Part shown: positions 1-9,901 of the stretch, one piece after another
Layout of the letters: every line of letters begins with the position of its first letter
Numbering within the stretch: the first letter of the stretch is position 1
Origin: an uncultured Rickettsiales bacterium
GTDB taxonomy: Bacteria > Pseudomonadota > Alphaproteobacteria > Rickettsiales > SXRF01
Length of the DNA: 64,000 nt
NCBI GenBank assembly: GCA_964645205.1
Contig: CAZYBO010000002.1
Span: 182,194 to 246,193, forward strand
Direction: 5' to 3'
The notes under the pieces: generated by a model
Told to the model about the DNA's origin: nothing
Databases searched by the model: none
Seen by the model: the letters and a program-made list of their open reading frames with translations, nothing else
Position numbers and translations under genes: made by a program

Positions 1-489
1 GCCGTCATTCGTGGCTTCGATCATTAGGAATGCGCTCGCGCTTTTGCATTCCACCCGCCATTTCGCGCCGCGCGGGATGAGGATATAGTCGCCTTCGCTA
101 AACGGCATATGGCCGAAATCGCAGAAAAAATCGCCCGCGCCCGCATGGACGAACAGGAGTTCATCGCCGTCTGCGTTAGTGACGAGATGATCCATCTTGC
201 CTTGCGTATGCCACAGCCGCAGGCGCATCGAGGCGTTATGCACGATGGGCACGGCCTGCCACGGGGAAGAATGATTCGCATGCAGTTTGACAAGGTCGAA
301 CGCGCGCGGGCGCATTTCACCTTCCCACGCGCTCCAGCCGGTGGGCGGGTGGGCGTGGGTGATGTGGGTCGCCGGGCCGAAAAATCCCTCGCGCCCGAAC
401 TCGCGCTCATACGCACCATCGGGCAAATCGCAATGCGCCTGCCGCGAGGTGACGCCTTCGATGCGGGGAAAATGCAGCCAGTTTTTCAT
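1..489 (-). CDS. homogentisate 1,2-dioxygenase-family cupin protein, N-terminal 163 codons (gene continues past the left window edge)
   Basis: My own minus-strand translation from the ATG at 487-489 stays open to position 1. It is absent from the ORF track because no stop lies in the window. Sequence: MKNWLHFPRIEGVTSRQAHCDLPDGAYEREFGREGFFGP...TNADGDELLFVHAGAGDFFCDFGHMPFSEGDYILIPRGAKWRVE. The NADG-x-LL-V...G...FG...IPRG-x-x-(F/W)-R-V-E core matches my memory of HGD enzymes. hppD and phhA lie in the same window. Confidence 0.5.
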   Translation of the reverse strand, partial: MKNWLHFPRIEGVTSRQAHCDLPDGAYEREFGREGFFGPATHITHAHPPTGWSAWEGEMRPRAFDLVKLHANHSSPWQAVPIVHNASMRLRLWHTQGKMDHLVTNADGDELLFVHAGAGDFFCDFGHMPFSEGDYILIPRGAKWRVECKSASAFLMIEATNDG

Positions 490-779
490 GCGCGCCTTTC
501 AAAAAAATGCCGGTACGTCAGCAAGATTGGGATGGTAAGAATTAGCCATTGCTTTGAAATCGCTATATATTCATTGCGCTTGTGCCAAGCGGTGCCGTAG
601 GATTCCTTAACGATTTCCCACACCGGCAGTTTGGAAGACGTTCTTTCGTCGGCGCTCATTATACGCGGCCTTTCTGCCCTGCTATTGAAACTCTATACCC
701 CGAACCTATTTTCTTATCGCCAGCTTATATGCGGCATGGTATACAAGCCTTGGAAAAAATCAAGGCAACGGAGGGGTTT

Positions 780-1511
780 ATGCGTACTATTCTTTTGAGT
801 TCAGCAATGGTGGTGGCGATGTCGGCATCCGCGTTCGCGCAGGAACATCCGTCGGCCAAAACGCTTGATGAGCAATTGTCGCGTGTGCAGCAGGGCGAAC
901 CCGCCGTGTCGGGCGAGTGGAAAGAGCCCGCGAAAAAACCGATGCCGGTGAAAACCGCGCCGGGCGGAGAATGGCCTGCCGATCCCGCGCTGTCGCAACG
1001 CAAGCCGGTGAACAAACAAATGCCTGCTGCCGTTGCGCCCGCAGCTAAACCCGTAGCCGCGCAGCAACCTGCCGTTGCGCCGGTTGTAGCGCAGCCCGCG
1101 CCCGCGCCGCTTCCCATCGCGCCGGACGGACAGATTATCGATTCTGTCGGTGGCGGTGCGATCCCCGCCCTGCCATTACAGGCGCAGAAAAGCGGCGACG
1201 TCATGTACCTCACCGGCGGTATCGGTGACGAAGAAATGGCGCAACTCAAGGCCGAGGAAAATAACTACAACGTGCGTATCATGATGAGCGCTACCGGCGG
1301 CGCCTATATCGGCGACGTAATGGTGCGTGTGATCGACGATAAGGGCGCGGTAGTCGCCACGTCCGAATCGGCCGGCCCGTATTTCTACATCCAGCTTCCC
1401 GCAGGCACCTACGTAGTGGAAATGACCTCGCGCGCGGGCGGCATCAAGAAAGCCACCGTCAAAGCCCCGGCCAAGGCGTTCGTGAAGCAGAACGTGGTGT
1501 TCGCGGAGTAG
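780..1511 (+). CDS. secreted Pro/Ala-rich protein with a C-terminal carboxypeptidase-regulatory-like beta-sandwich region
   Basis: Within ORF 582..1511 the internal start MRTILLSSAMVVAMSASAFAQE is a signal peptide. An AP-rich linker follows, then the C-terminus GPYFYIQLPAGTYVVEMTSRAGG. Function not assignable. Confidence 0.55.
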   Translation: MRTILLSSAMVVAMSASAFAQEHPSAKTLDEQLSRVQQGEPAVSGEWKEPAKKPMPVKTAPGGEWPADPALSQRKPVNKQMPAAVAPAAKPVAAQQPAVAPVVAQPAPAPLPIAPDGQIIDSVGGGAIPALPLQAQKSGDVMYLTGGIGDEEMAQLKAEENNYNVRIMMSATGGAYIGDVMVRVIDDKGAVVATSESAGPYFYIQLPAGTYVVEMTSRAGGIKKATVKAPAKAFVKQNVVFAE

Positions 1512-1513
1512 TT

Positions 1514-2164
1514 TTAGGGGCGGGAGAGTCTCAGGCTGTTTTTCTTGAGCGCCATGTTCATGGCGAGTTCGGGAATGATTACCGCCGAGTCGGGAGCGGA
1601 TACAATTTTGCGCCCGTTCTCTTCCCCGAATAAAATCGCAGGGTCGGTGCCCGATACTACGTTACGCAGGATGAAGCCCGAATCCGTCGCCTCCACGGTG
1701 ACCTGCTCCAGCTCTTTCAGATTGGCGTTGCGGATGCCTTGCTGGATTTCGGTATCGATCAACTGCGTGCCAGCCGGAAAGACGGTGGCCATGATCTCAG
1801 TAGGAACCGTCCATTTTCCGGGTATATCATACCTGTCGAAATTAGTTCCCGCGAATCCGATTTCCGACAGGTGCGCGCGCTGAAATGTCTTGGGTAGCAG
1901 GATGGCGAAGGCGGGTTTCCCGTCCTTGCGCGTTACGCCCGCGCGCATAGGGATGAAAGAAAATTTCTCGTTAAACTTCGCGGTGAATCCATCGATAGCT
2001 TGTTGCTGATCGGGGGTAAACCCTTCCAGACGTATGGAATTATCGTCAGTAGTTGCGGCGGGGGCGGCAGCAACTACAGGTGTTTCCGGCCTGAAAATTC
2101 CTACGTAGGCATCTTTGGCTGCTGGTGGGGAGTCGGGTTCATTCATTAGGATGCATCCTGTCAT
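1514..2164 (-). CDS. hypothetical protein
   Basis: 216-aa ORF with protein-like composition and no family recognised. An alternative start MNEPDSPP lies 18 nt downstream. Confidence 0.5.
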   Translation of the reverse strand: MTGCILMNEPDSPPAAKDAYVGIFRPETPVVAAAPAATTDDNSIRLEGFTPDQQQAIDGFTAKFNEKFSFIPMRAGVTRKDGKPAFAILLPKTFQRAHLSEIGFAGTNFDRYDIPGKWTVPTEIMATVFPAGTQLIDTEIQQGIRNANLKELEQVTVEATDSGFILRNVVSGTDPAILFGEENGRKIVSAPDSAVIIPELAMNMALKKNSLRLSRP

Positions 2165-2246
2165 TGATCGTTATATACCGTTAAGATTACAGGAAAGCAC
2201 TTTCGCGAAGTATGAAACTTTCGTGACAATTGCGTATAAAAAATCG

Positions 2247-2807
2247 TTATTTTCCAACGCTCACAGCGCCTAACTCATGCAACAGTGCGGCGGCTCTGGC
2301 CGATAATCCAACCTCCGGAGGGTATTCGGCAGCATGTGCCTGCACCGCTACGCCCGCGCGGGTAAACAGCAAAGTGGCGCGGCGTGTATGGAAGGCGGAG
2401 GTGGTGATGATGGCGGTCTGCATGCCGTATTGCTGCATGAGCTTCGCGGAGAAGGCGGCGTTCTGGCGTGTGCTGCGCGCGCGCGGTTCCCGTATGATAG
2501 CGCCGTCAGGAACGCCTTGCGCAATGGCATAGGCGGCCATGGCGTCGGCTTCCACATGCGGGTTGGTGACTGCGCCGCCGGTGACGATGATGCGCGGTGC
2601 GTAGCCTGCTTTCCACAGCGCGATGCCGGCATCCATGCGCGAGCGCAATGTCGGCGTCAGCGTGCCGTCATCATGCACATGCGCGCCGAGGACGATGATG
2701 ACGTCGCTTTTTTGTAAGGGCTTCGTATCCAGCGGCCACCACCCTATGAGGGCGGCAACCGACGCTGCAAATAACGCGCATCCGGTGATGATGGCGAAAG
2801 TGAGCAT
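2247..2807 (-). CDS. YdcF/ElyC (DUF218) family protein
   Basis: N-terminal TM helix followed by IIVLGAHVHDDGTLTPTLRSRMDAGIALWKAGYAPRIIVTGG, typical of the DUF218 core. Confidence 0.7.
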   Translation of the reverse strand: MLTFAIITGCALFAASVAALIGWWPLDTKPLQKSDVIIVLGAHVHDDGTLTPTLRSRMDAGIALWKAGYAPRIIVTGGAVTNPHVEADAMAAYAIAQGVPDGAIIREPRARSTRQNAAFSAKLMQQYGMQTAIITTSAFHTRRATLLFTRAGVAVQAHAAEYPPEVGLSARAAALLHELGAVSVGK

Positions 2808-2827
2808 ACGCAGCGCGCGGCGCAGGC

Positions 2828-4381
2828 TTATGGCTTCACGTCCTTCTTCGCATCGGGCTTTTCATCGGGTTTGGCGTCGCTCTTCTCATCCTTTTTTTCG
2901 TCCGTGGGTAGGGTGATGAAGGCTTCGTCCTTCTCGTGCAGCACGCGCACAAGAGCGAATTTGCGGCCCGATTTCTTCGCGTTCTCGAAGGCTTTTTTCA
3001 CGTCCGCCACGGTTTTCACCGGTTCGCCGTTGATGTCGATGATGAGGTCGCCGGGGCGCAGGCCGCGCTTGGCGGCTTCCGAGCCGTTCTTGAGATCGAC
3101 GATGGCGACGCCCGTTTCTTTATCGTCAAGCCCCAACTCGTCGCGCAATGCGGGCGAAAGCGGCGCGATTTCCATGCCCATCAACGTTTCCGAACCGGGC
3201 TTCGCGCCTTTGGATTTCTTGCCGCCTTCCGCATCCGCTACGCTTTCGCCGTCGGCGTTTTCTTCCAGTTCGCCGATGGTAAGCTGCACGGTTTTAGACG
3301 CGTTCTTGCGCCAGTAAGTCACCGACGACGACTTGCCGATTTTGCTTTCAGCCACCATGCGCGGGAGGAAGCGCATTTCGGAAATTTCCTTGCCGTCGAA
3401 GGCGGTGATGATGTCGCCCGCCAGAATGCCCGCTTTTTCCGCAGGGCTGCCCTTGCTGACTTCCAGCACCAGCGCGCCCATCGGTTTGGGCAGGCCGACG
3501 CTTTCGGCCACCTCATCCGACACTTCCTGAATCTTCACGCCGAGCCAGCCGCGATGCGTGCGGCCGAATTCTTTGAGTTGTGCGAGTACGGGTTTGGCGA
3601 GCGCGGTGGGGATGGCGAAGCCGATACCGACCGAGCCGCCCGTGGGTGAGAAAATCGCGGTGTTGATGCCGATGACTTCGCCCTTGAGGTTAAACAGGGG
3701 GCCGCCGGAATTGCCGCGGTTGATCGGCGCGTCGGTCTGCAGGAAATCGTCAAAAGGCCCGGCGTTGATGCTGCGCTGGCGGGCGCTGATGATGCCCTGT
3801 GTGACGGAACCGCCGAGGCCGAACGGATTGCCGATGGCGATCACCCAGTCGCCCACGCGCATCGCGTCGGAATCGCCGAGCGTTACGAAAGGCAGGTCCT
3901 TTTTCGCTTCCACTTTCAGCAGCGCGAGGTCGGTTTTCTTGTCGCGGCCGACGATGGCGGCTTTGTATTTCGTGTTGTCGGTGAGCGTGACGGTCACTTC
4001 CTCGGCGGCTTCCACCACATGGTTATTGGTGATGACATAACCCTTGGCGTCGATGATAAAGCCCGAGCCGAGTGAATACATGTCCTGCTCCGGCTCGTCC
4101 TTGCCGGGGCGCTGGCCGAAGCGGTCGAAGAACTCACGGAACGGCTCGAATTCCGGACTGTCGGGCATATCCTGAAACGGCATGCCCATGAAGCCCTGCG
4201 CGCCTTTGACTTTCTGGGTCGAGGAAATATTGACCACCGCCGGGGAGAGTTTTTCCACGAGATCGGCGAATCCGGCCGCAGGCGGCTGTTGCGCAAAGGC
4301 AGGCGGGGTGAACGCGATGACGAAAGCCGCCATCCACAAGCGAAGGGAATTACGCGAATGTGTCATACGATGTAGCTCCAT
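2828..4381 (-). CDS. htrA: periplasmic serine endoprotease DegP/HtrA family (trypsin domain plus two PDZ)
   Basis: Signal peptide, catalytic motifs TNNHVV, DLALLKV and GNSGGPL, and two PDZ-like regions. The start could be 4366 (MTHSRNS). Confidence 0.9.
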   Translation of the reverse strand: MELHRMTHSRNSLRLWMAAFVIAFTPPAFAQQPPAAGFADLVEKLSPAVVNISSTQKVKGAQGFMGMPFQDMPDSPEFEPFREFFDRFGQRPGKDEPEQDMYSLGSGFIIDAKGYVITNNHVVEAAEEVTVTLTDNTKYKAAIVGRDKKTDLALLKVEAKKDLPFVTLGDSDAMRVGDWVIAIGNPFGLGGSVTQGIISARQRSINAGPFDDFLQTDAPINRGNSGGPLFNLKGEVIGINTAIFSPTGGSVGIGFAIPTALAKPVLAQLKEFGRTHRGWLGVKIQEVSDEVAESVGLPKPMGALVLEVSKGSPAEKAGILAGDIITAFDGKEISEMRFLPRMVAESKIGKSSSVTYWRKNASKTVQLTIGELEENADGESVADAEGGKKSKGAKPGSETLMGMEIAPLSPALRDELGLDDKETGVAIVDLKNGSEAAKRGLRPGDLIIDINGEPVKTVADVKKAFENAKKSGRKFALVRVLHEKDEAFITLPTDEKKDEKSDAKPDEKPDAKKDVKP

Positions 4382-4384
4382 GGA

Positions 4385-5269
4385 TTATCTGGATGCGTTT
4401 TCGCCCTTGCCGAACAGTTTTAGGAAATCGTTATCGGGCGAGAGCACCAAAGAGGTGTCTTTTTGCGAAAGGGTTTTGCGATAAGCCTGCATGGTGCGGT
4501 AGAACTGGAAGAATTCCTCATCCTGCCCGAACGAGTCGGCGAATATTTTGGTTGCCTTGCCTTCGCCTTCGCCGCGCAATGTTTCGGCGGTCTTGCGCGC
4601 TTCGGCGAGCAGGATCGTGCGTTCTTTATCCGCCTGCGAGCGGATTTTCTGCGCGTCCTCGGCACCTTTGGCGCGGAATTCCTTGGCTTCGCGTTCGCGT
4701 TCGGTCTGCATCCGCTTGTAGATACCTTCCGAGTTGGCAGGCGGCAGATCGGCGCGCTTGATGCGCACGTCGACTACTTCAATGCCGAAGCCGCCCGTGT
4801 CTTTGCCCATCGCCTGCTCGTTGACCAGCGTGCGGATTTTCTGCATCACTTCCGGGCGTTTTTCCGAGATCACTTCCGACAGCGGCACGCTGCCCAGCAC
4901 CTGACGCAGCGACGATTCGAGGATGGAATTGAGGCGCGAGCGCATGGTGCTTTCGTTAGCTACCGACTGCTTGAAGCGCAGCGGGTCGGTGATGCGGTAG
5001 CGCACGAACGCGTCCACGATCAGGCGCTTCTGGTCGGAGGCGATGACTTCCTTCGGCTCGGCGTCGAAATCGATCAGGCGCTTGTCGAAAAATTCGACAT
5101 TCTGGAGGAATGGCATTTTGAGTTTGAGGCCGGGCGTTTGTTCGGCGCGCACGGGCTTTCCGAATTGCAGCACCAGCGCCTGCTCGGTTTGCGAAACCAC
5201 GAACAGCGCGTTCGACAGCAGGAAAATACCCGCGATGCCTAGTGTAAAGATCAGTGTGGAACGCTTCAT
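4385..5269 (-). CDS. hflC: protease modulator HflC (SPFH domain)
   Basis: N-terminal TM plus SPFH/band-7 sequence, directly downstream of hflK with a 4-nt overlap. Confidence 0.9.
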   Translation of the reverse strand: MKRSTLIFTLGIAGIFLLSNALFVVSQTEQALVLQFGKPVRAEQTPGLKLKMPFLQNVEFFDKRLIDFDAEPKEVIASDQKRLIVDAFVRYRITDPLRFKQSVANESTMRSRLNSILESSLRQVLGSVPLSEVISEKRPEVMQKIRTLVNEQAMGKDTGGFGIEVVDVRIKRADLPPANSEGIYKRMQTEREREAKEFRAKGAEDAQKIRSQADKERTILLAEARKTAETLRGEGEGKATKIFADSFGQDEEFFQFYRTMQAYRKTLSQKDTSLVLSPDNDFLKLFGKGENASR

Positions 5270-6381
5270 TTCTTTTCCTCCTCAGCCTTGGGTTTCAGGC
5301 CGTTAAGCGGCAGGTAGGGCACGACGCCCGAGTTGCTCTTGCCGTCGATAATCACCTTGTTCATGCCCTGCAGGATTTCTTCCATCGTTTCCAGATAGAT
5401 GCGTTTCTTGGTGATGTCGCGAGCCTGCTTGAATTCGTTATACACCGATGTAAAGCGCGCCGCCTCGCCCTGCGCGCGGGCGATGACTTCCTGCTTGTAG
5501 CCCTCGGCTTCGAGCACCATCTGCTGCGCCTGGCCGCGCGCTTTGGGCAGGATGTCGTTGCGGTAGGCTTCGGCCTGGTTGCGTGCGGTTTCTAAGTCGG
5601 CGCGCGCGGTTTGCACGTCGCGGAACGAATCGATCGCTTGCGCCGGTGGGTCGGCTTTCAGCAGGTTGACGCTTACGATTTCAATGCCCGCCTTGTAATG
5701 GTCGAGCGTATCCTGAAGCAGCTTTTTCGTATTCTGCTCCACCTGCAATTTCCCTTCCGCCAGCACGGTGGCGATATTGGTCTTGCCGATGATTTCGCGC
5801 ATGGCGCTCTCGGATACGGCTTTCACCGTTTCTTCCGGGTTGCGCACGTTAAACAGGAAATCCGGCGCGCTGCTGATTTTCCACTGCACTTCAAAGGTCA
5901 CGTCCACGATGTTTTCGTCGCCGGTGAGCATCAGCCCTTCTTGCGCGGTCGGGGTGTCGCCCTTGGCACGGCCGGAACCCGAATAGTAGCCGATCTCGAC
6001 GCGGTTGACGGCGGTGACCTTAGGCGTGGCCGCCGATTCGATCGGGTAGGGTAGGTGGTAGTTCATGCCGGAAGCGGTGGTGCGGTTATAGGCGCCGAAG
6101 CGCAGCACCACGCCTTGCTCGTCGGCCTTCACGAAATAAATGCCCGACGACAGCCACAGCACAACACCCACGGCCACCACCAGCAATATTCCTTTTTTGC
6201 CGTCATTATCTCCGCCTTTGAACATGCGGTTGAGCGTGTCCTGGCCGCGCTTGACCCATTCGTCGAGGTCGGGCGGCTGCGGGGCATTGTTGCCTCCGCC
6301 GGAATTACCTCCACCGGACGGTTTCCCCCACGGACCCTGATTGTCTCCGCCTTGCCAGCCGCCTTTATCGCCCCATGCCAT
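5266..6381 (-). CDS. hflK: protease modulator HflK (SPFH domain)
   Basis: Gly-rich N-terminus (GGWQGGDNQGPWGKPSGGGNSGGGNN), a TM helix and an SPFH domain; the hflK-hflC-htrA order is conserved. Confidence 0.9.
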   Translation of the reverse strand: MAWGDKGGWQGGDNQGPWGKPSGGGNSGGGNNAPQPPDLDEWVKRGQDTLNRMFKGGDNDGKKGILLVVAVGVVLWLSSGIYFVKADEQGVVLRFGAYNRTTASGMNYHLPYPIESAATPKVTAVNRVEIGYYSGSGRAKGDTPTAQEGLMLTGDENIVDVTFEVQWKISSAPDFLFNVRNPEETVKAVSESAMREIIGKTNIATVLAEGKLQVEQNTKKLLQDTLDHYKAGIEIVSVNLLKADPPAQAIDSFRDVQTARADLETARNQAEAYRNDILPKARGQAQQMVLEAEGYKQEVIARAQGEAARFTSVYNEFKQARDITKKRIYLETMEEILQGMNKVIIDGKSNSGVVPYLPLNGLKPKAEEEKK

Positions 6382-6447
6382 AATCTACCCTTCGCGTTTG
6401 TCTGAATGTGCATTATATAGGGGCAGAGTATGGGAGATTGCAAGTAG

Positions 6448-7446
6448 ATGTCATTGGCAAAAGAACAGGTGATCGCCGCCCTGCGGACGGTAGGCGACCC
6501 CGATAGCGGGCGGGACGTGGTCGAAACCGGGCTGGTTTCGGGGATCGCCGTGAAGGACGGCAAGGTCGGCTTCATGCTGTCCATAGACCCGAAGGATAAA
6601 GGGCGCATGGAAAGGTTGCGCGCAGCATGCGAAGCGACGGTGGCTGCGCTTCCCGGCGTTACAGGCGTTACGGCGGTGTTGACTGCGCATGCGGATCAAC
6701 CCGCGGCGCAGCCGGAAGCGCGCAAGCCCGCCCAGTGGAACACTACCCCGCTTGAGTATGTAGGAAAAATCATCGCCGTGGCATCCGGCAAGGGCGGCGT
6801 CGGAAAATCCACCACTGCCGTCAACCTCGCGCTCGCCCTGCAGCGCATGGGCAAATCCGCCGGGTTGCTGGATGCGGATATTTACGGCCCTTCCGTCCCG
6901 CGCATGATGGGGCTCTCCGGCCAGCCGAACATCGCGGATGGGAAAATGGTGCCGCTGGAAAATCACGGTGTGCGCTGCATGTCGATGGGCTTCATCACCG
7001 GCGACGAGGCCGCCATTATGCGCGGCCCCATGATTAGCAAATCATTACAACAATTGTTGCGCGCCACGCGCTGGGGCACTGCGCAATCCCCGCTCGATAC
7101 GCTCTTCGTAGACATGCCGCCCGGCACCGGCGACATCCATCTTTCCATGGCGCAGCAGGTGCCGCTGTCGGGCGCGATCATCGTCACCACCCCGCAGGAA
7201 GTAGCCCTGCTCGACGCGCGCAAATGCCTCATCATGTTCCAGAAAGTGAACGTGCCGGTGCTCGGCGTCGTCGAAAACATGAGCGGCTCCATCTTCGGCG
7301 CCGGCGGCGGCAAAAAACTTGCGGATGAATTTGGTGTGCCGTTGTTAGGCACGGTGGCGATGGACGCGGCGATTTGTGCGGCGGGCGATGCGGGGGTTGG
7401 GTATGCGGCGGAGGTGTATGATAAGATAGCGCGTGTTCTAATCTAG
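6448..7446 (+). CDS. apbC: Fe-S cluster carrier ATPase Mrp/ApbC
   Basis: N-terminal DUF59-like region, then a deviant Walker A motif ASGKGGVGKST. Confidence 0.85.
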   Translation: MSLAKEQVIAALRTVGDPDSGRDVVETGLVSGIAVKDGKVGFMLSIDPKDKGRMERLRAACEATVAALPGVTGVTAVLTAHADQPAAQPEARKPAQWNTTPLEYVGKIIAVASGKGGVGKSTTAVNLALALQRMGKSAGLLDADIYGPSVPRMMGLSGQPNIADGKMVPLENHGVRCMSMGFITGDEAAIMRGPMISKSLQQLLRATRWGTAQSPLDTLFVDMPPGTGDIHLSMAQQVPLSGAIIVTTPQEVALLDARKCLIMFQKVNVPVLGVVENMSGSIFGAGGGKKLADEFGVPLLGTVAMDAAICAAGDAGVGYAAEVYDKIARVLI

Positions 7447-7534
7447 CTTGTCATGCCAGCGTAGGCTGGCATCCACGTTTATCAACTTCCGGCAACGCGT
7501 AAGGTGTGGATCCCGGCCTTCGCCGGGATGACGG

Positions 7535-8590
7535 TTACAACGTCCCCCGCCTAACCTGATCTTCCTCCATCGACTCGAACAGCGCTTTGAAATTCCCCTC
7601 GCCGAAGCCTTCGTCGCCTTTGCGTTGGATGATTTCAAAGAAGATGGGGCCGATGACGGTGGCGGTAAAGATTTGCAGCAGGATGCCGCCATTTTCGGTC
7701 GGCGCCCCATCCATCAATATCCCTAGTTTTTTGAGCTGGGCGATGCTTTCGCCGTGGCGGGGCAGGCGCGTGTCGAGCTTGTCGTAGTAGGTCGCAGGCG
7801 GCGGTTCCATGAAACGTATGCCGCGCGATTTGAGGTTCTCTACGCTTGCATAAATATCCTCGGTGGACAGCGCGATATGCTGGATGCCTTCGCCCTTATA
7901 CTCGCGCAGATATTCCTCGATCTGCGATTTGTCGTCGGCGGATTCGTTGATGGGGATGCGGATTTTCCCGCACGGGCTGGTCATCGCCTTGCTTTTCAGG
8001 CCGGTGAGCTTGCCTTCAATGTCGAAATAGCGGATTTCGCGGAAGTTGAACACGCGCTGGTAAAACCCCGCCCATTCGTCCATGTGCCCGCGATAGACGT
8101 TGTGCGTCAGGTGATCGATAGCGGCAAGCCCGCAACCCGTCGGGCGCTGGTCAACGCCGGGAAGGGGGATGAAATCCACGTCGTAAATCGAATGTTCGCC
8201 GTAGCGATCCACCAGATAGAGCAAACTGCCGCCGATGCCGCGAATCGCGGGAATGTGCAGTTCCATCGCGCCGACTTTCGATTCCACCACTTCCAGCCCG
8301 AGTTCTTTCGCGCGCTTGATAGCGGCGGAGATGTTCTTCACGCGAAACGCCATGGCGTTGGCCGATGCGCCGTGCGCGCTGTAGAAACCCTCGGCGTGGC
8401 TTTCGCGTTCGGCGTTGAGGATGAAATTAATGTCGCCCTGCCGCCAGAGCTGCACGTTTTTCGAGCGGTGATGCGCCACGCGCGAAAATCCCATCTGTGC
8501 GAACAGCGCTTCCAGCGGCGCCGGATCGAGCGCGGCGTATTCGATGAACTCGAATCCGTCCGTGCCCATGGGGTTGGTGGTGTCGCTCAT
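7535..8590 (-). CDS. hppD: 4-hydroxyphenylpyruvate dioxygenase
   Basis: Internal start [18 protein letters not shown] in ORF 7535..8728; the C-terminus [20 protein letters not shown] is typical of HPPD. Its start abuts the stop of the upstream GNAT gene. Confidence 0.9.
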   Translation of the reverse strand: MSDTTNPMGTDGFEFIEYAALDPAPLEALFAQMGFSRVAHHRSKNVQLWRQGDINFILNAERESHAEGFYSAHGASANAMAFRVKNISAAIKRAKELGLEVVESKVGAMELHIPAIRGIGGSLLYLVDRYGEHSIYDVDFIPLPGVDQRPTGCGLAAIDHLTHNVYRGHMDEWAGFYQRVFNFREIRYFDIEGKLTGLKSKAMTSPCGKIRIPINESADDKSQIEEYLREYKGEGIQHIALSTEDIYASVENLKSRGIRFMEPPPATYYDKLDTRLPRHGESIAQLKKLGILMDGAPTENGGILLQIFTATVIGPIFFEIIQRKGDEGFGEGNFKALFESMEEDQVRRGTL

Positions 8591-9024
8591 GCCAGATCCT
8601 TGGTGAAGTGATAGCCATATATGACATAGCCTTCGCGGAAATAAAAGCGGTGCGAGGGGTAATTGTAGGTATAGCTGTCGAGCACGGCGATGGCGCATTT
8701 TTGCCGCTTGCCTTCTTTTTCCACCCACGCGACGAGTTGTTTGCCCACGCCTTTGCTGCGGACATTTTTATCGACGACGAGATTGTCGATGTCGATATAT
8801 TTGCCGCACCAGAAGCGCCAGCCGATCCAGAATCCCACCAGCCCGACCATCGCATCGTCTGCGTACGCTGCGGCGCAGCGATAGCCTTTTTCGCGCATGG
8901 CGGCGAGCGTTTCGGTAAATTCCTTGCGCGTCATTTTGGGGTTGGCCTGCTTGACGAGGCGGTACATGGAAAGCCATTCGGCGTTGGAGGTCAGTTCACG
9001 GATGAGGAGGGATTTCGAGCGCAT
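8587..9024 (-). CDS. GNAT family N-acetyltransferase
   Basis: 145 aa with the acetyl-CoA-binding-like stretch [16 protein letters not shown]; overlaps the hppD start. Confidence 0.75.
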   Translation of the reverse strand: MRSKSLLIRELTSNAEWLSMYRLVKQANPKMTRKEFTETLAAMREKGYRCAAAYADDAMVGLVGFWIGWRFWCGKYIDIDNLVVDKNVRSKGVGKQLVAWVEKEGKRQKCAIAVLDSYTYNYPSHRFYFREGYVIYGYHFTKDLA

Positions 9025-9058
9025 GGATTTTCTATTATGGATAGGTTACAATGGGGAC

Positions 9059-9901
9059 ATGATGCGAGCAGATGTCCACCCACCCGGCATGCGTGCCGAT
9101 TATACGTTCGATTTCGACCCGGCGCAATACACGGATGCGGATCACGCGCTCTGGCACACGCTCTGCGAGCGTCAGAAGCCGTTGCTGAAGGGGCGCGCCT
9201 GCCGCGAATATCTTGAGGCGATCGACCATCTTGGCGTGTTGACGCAGGGCGGAATTCCTGATTGGCGGCGCATCTCCGACCTTCTGGAGAAGGCCACGGG
9301 CTGGCAGCTGGTGGTGGTTCCCGGCCTCGTTCCGGGGGAAATTTTCCTCACCCACCTGTCCAAGCGCCAGTTCCCGGTGACGTGGTGGATTCGCGAGGAA
9401 GCCAAGATCGATTACCTGCAAGAGCCTGATATATTTCATGATTTATTCGGCCATGTGCCGCTGCTGGCCAATCCGGTATTCGCCGATTATTTGCAGCAGT
9501 TCGGGCGCGGGGCGGTCAAAGCCGAGGGGTTAGGGGCGGGCGATCTTCTCGGGCGGCTCTACTGGTTCACGGTGGAATTCGGCCTTATCAACACCGACGA
9601 AGGCTTGCGGATTTACGGCTCAGGCATCGTGTCCTCGGCGAAGGAATCCATCTACGCGCTGGAAAGCCCAAAACCCAACCGCATCGGTTTCGACCTCATG
9701 CGCATGATGCGCAGCGACTACCGTATCGACGATGTGCAGAAAACCTATTTCGTGATCGACAGTTTCGAGCAGCTATTTGAAGAAACCCGTCCCGACTTCA
9801 CCGATTACTACGCAAAACTGAAGGGGCTGCCGCTTATTCCCGAAGGTGCGATTATCGCGACAGACCGCGTGCTTCACCGAGGAGTCCATACTTCCCTCTA
9901 G
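9059..9901 (+). CDS. phhA: phenylalanine-4-hydroxylase
   Basis: PDIFHDLFGHVPLL iron-binding motif and YWFTVEFGL. The start was chosen downstream of the divergent GNAT start (MMRADVHPPG); 9062 is equally possible. Confidence 0.85.
   Translation: MMRADVHPPGMRADYTFDFDPAQYTDADHALWHTLCERQKPLLKGRACREYLEAIDHLGVLTQGGIPDWRRISDLLEKATGWQLVVVPGLVPGEIFLTHLSKRQFPVTWWIREEAKIDYLQEPDIFHDLFGHVPLLANPVFADYLQQFGRGAVKAEGLGAGDLLGRLYWFTVEFGLINTDEGLRIYGSGIVSSAKESIYALESPKPNRIGFDLMRMMRSDYRIDDVQKTYFVIDSFEQLFEETRPDFTDYYAKLKGLPLIPEGAIIATDRVLHRGVHTSL

Noticed and set aside
24-600. Track ORFs 24..419(-), 109..600(+) and 287..538(+) at the left edge
   Set aside because: A third frame on the minus strand (1..489), open to the window edge, gives an HGD-family-like translation. 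The listed ORFs are overlapping shadows.
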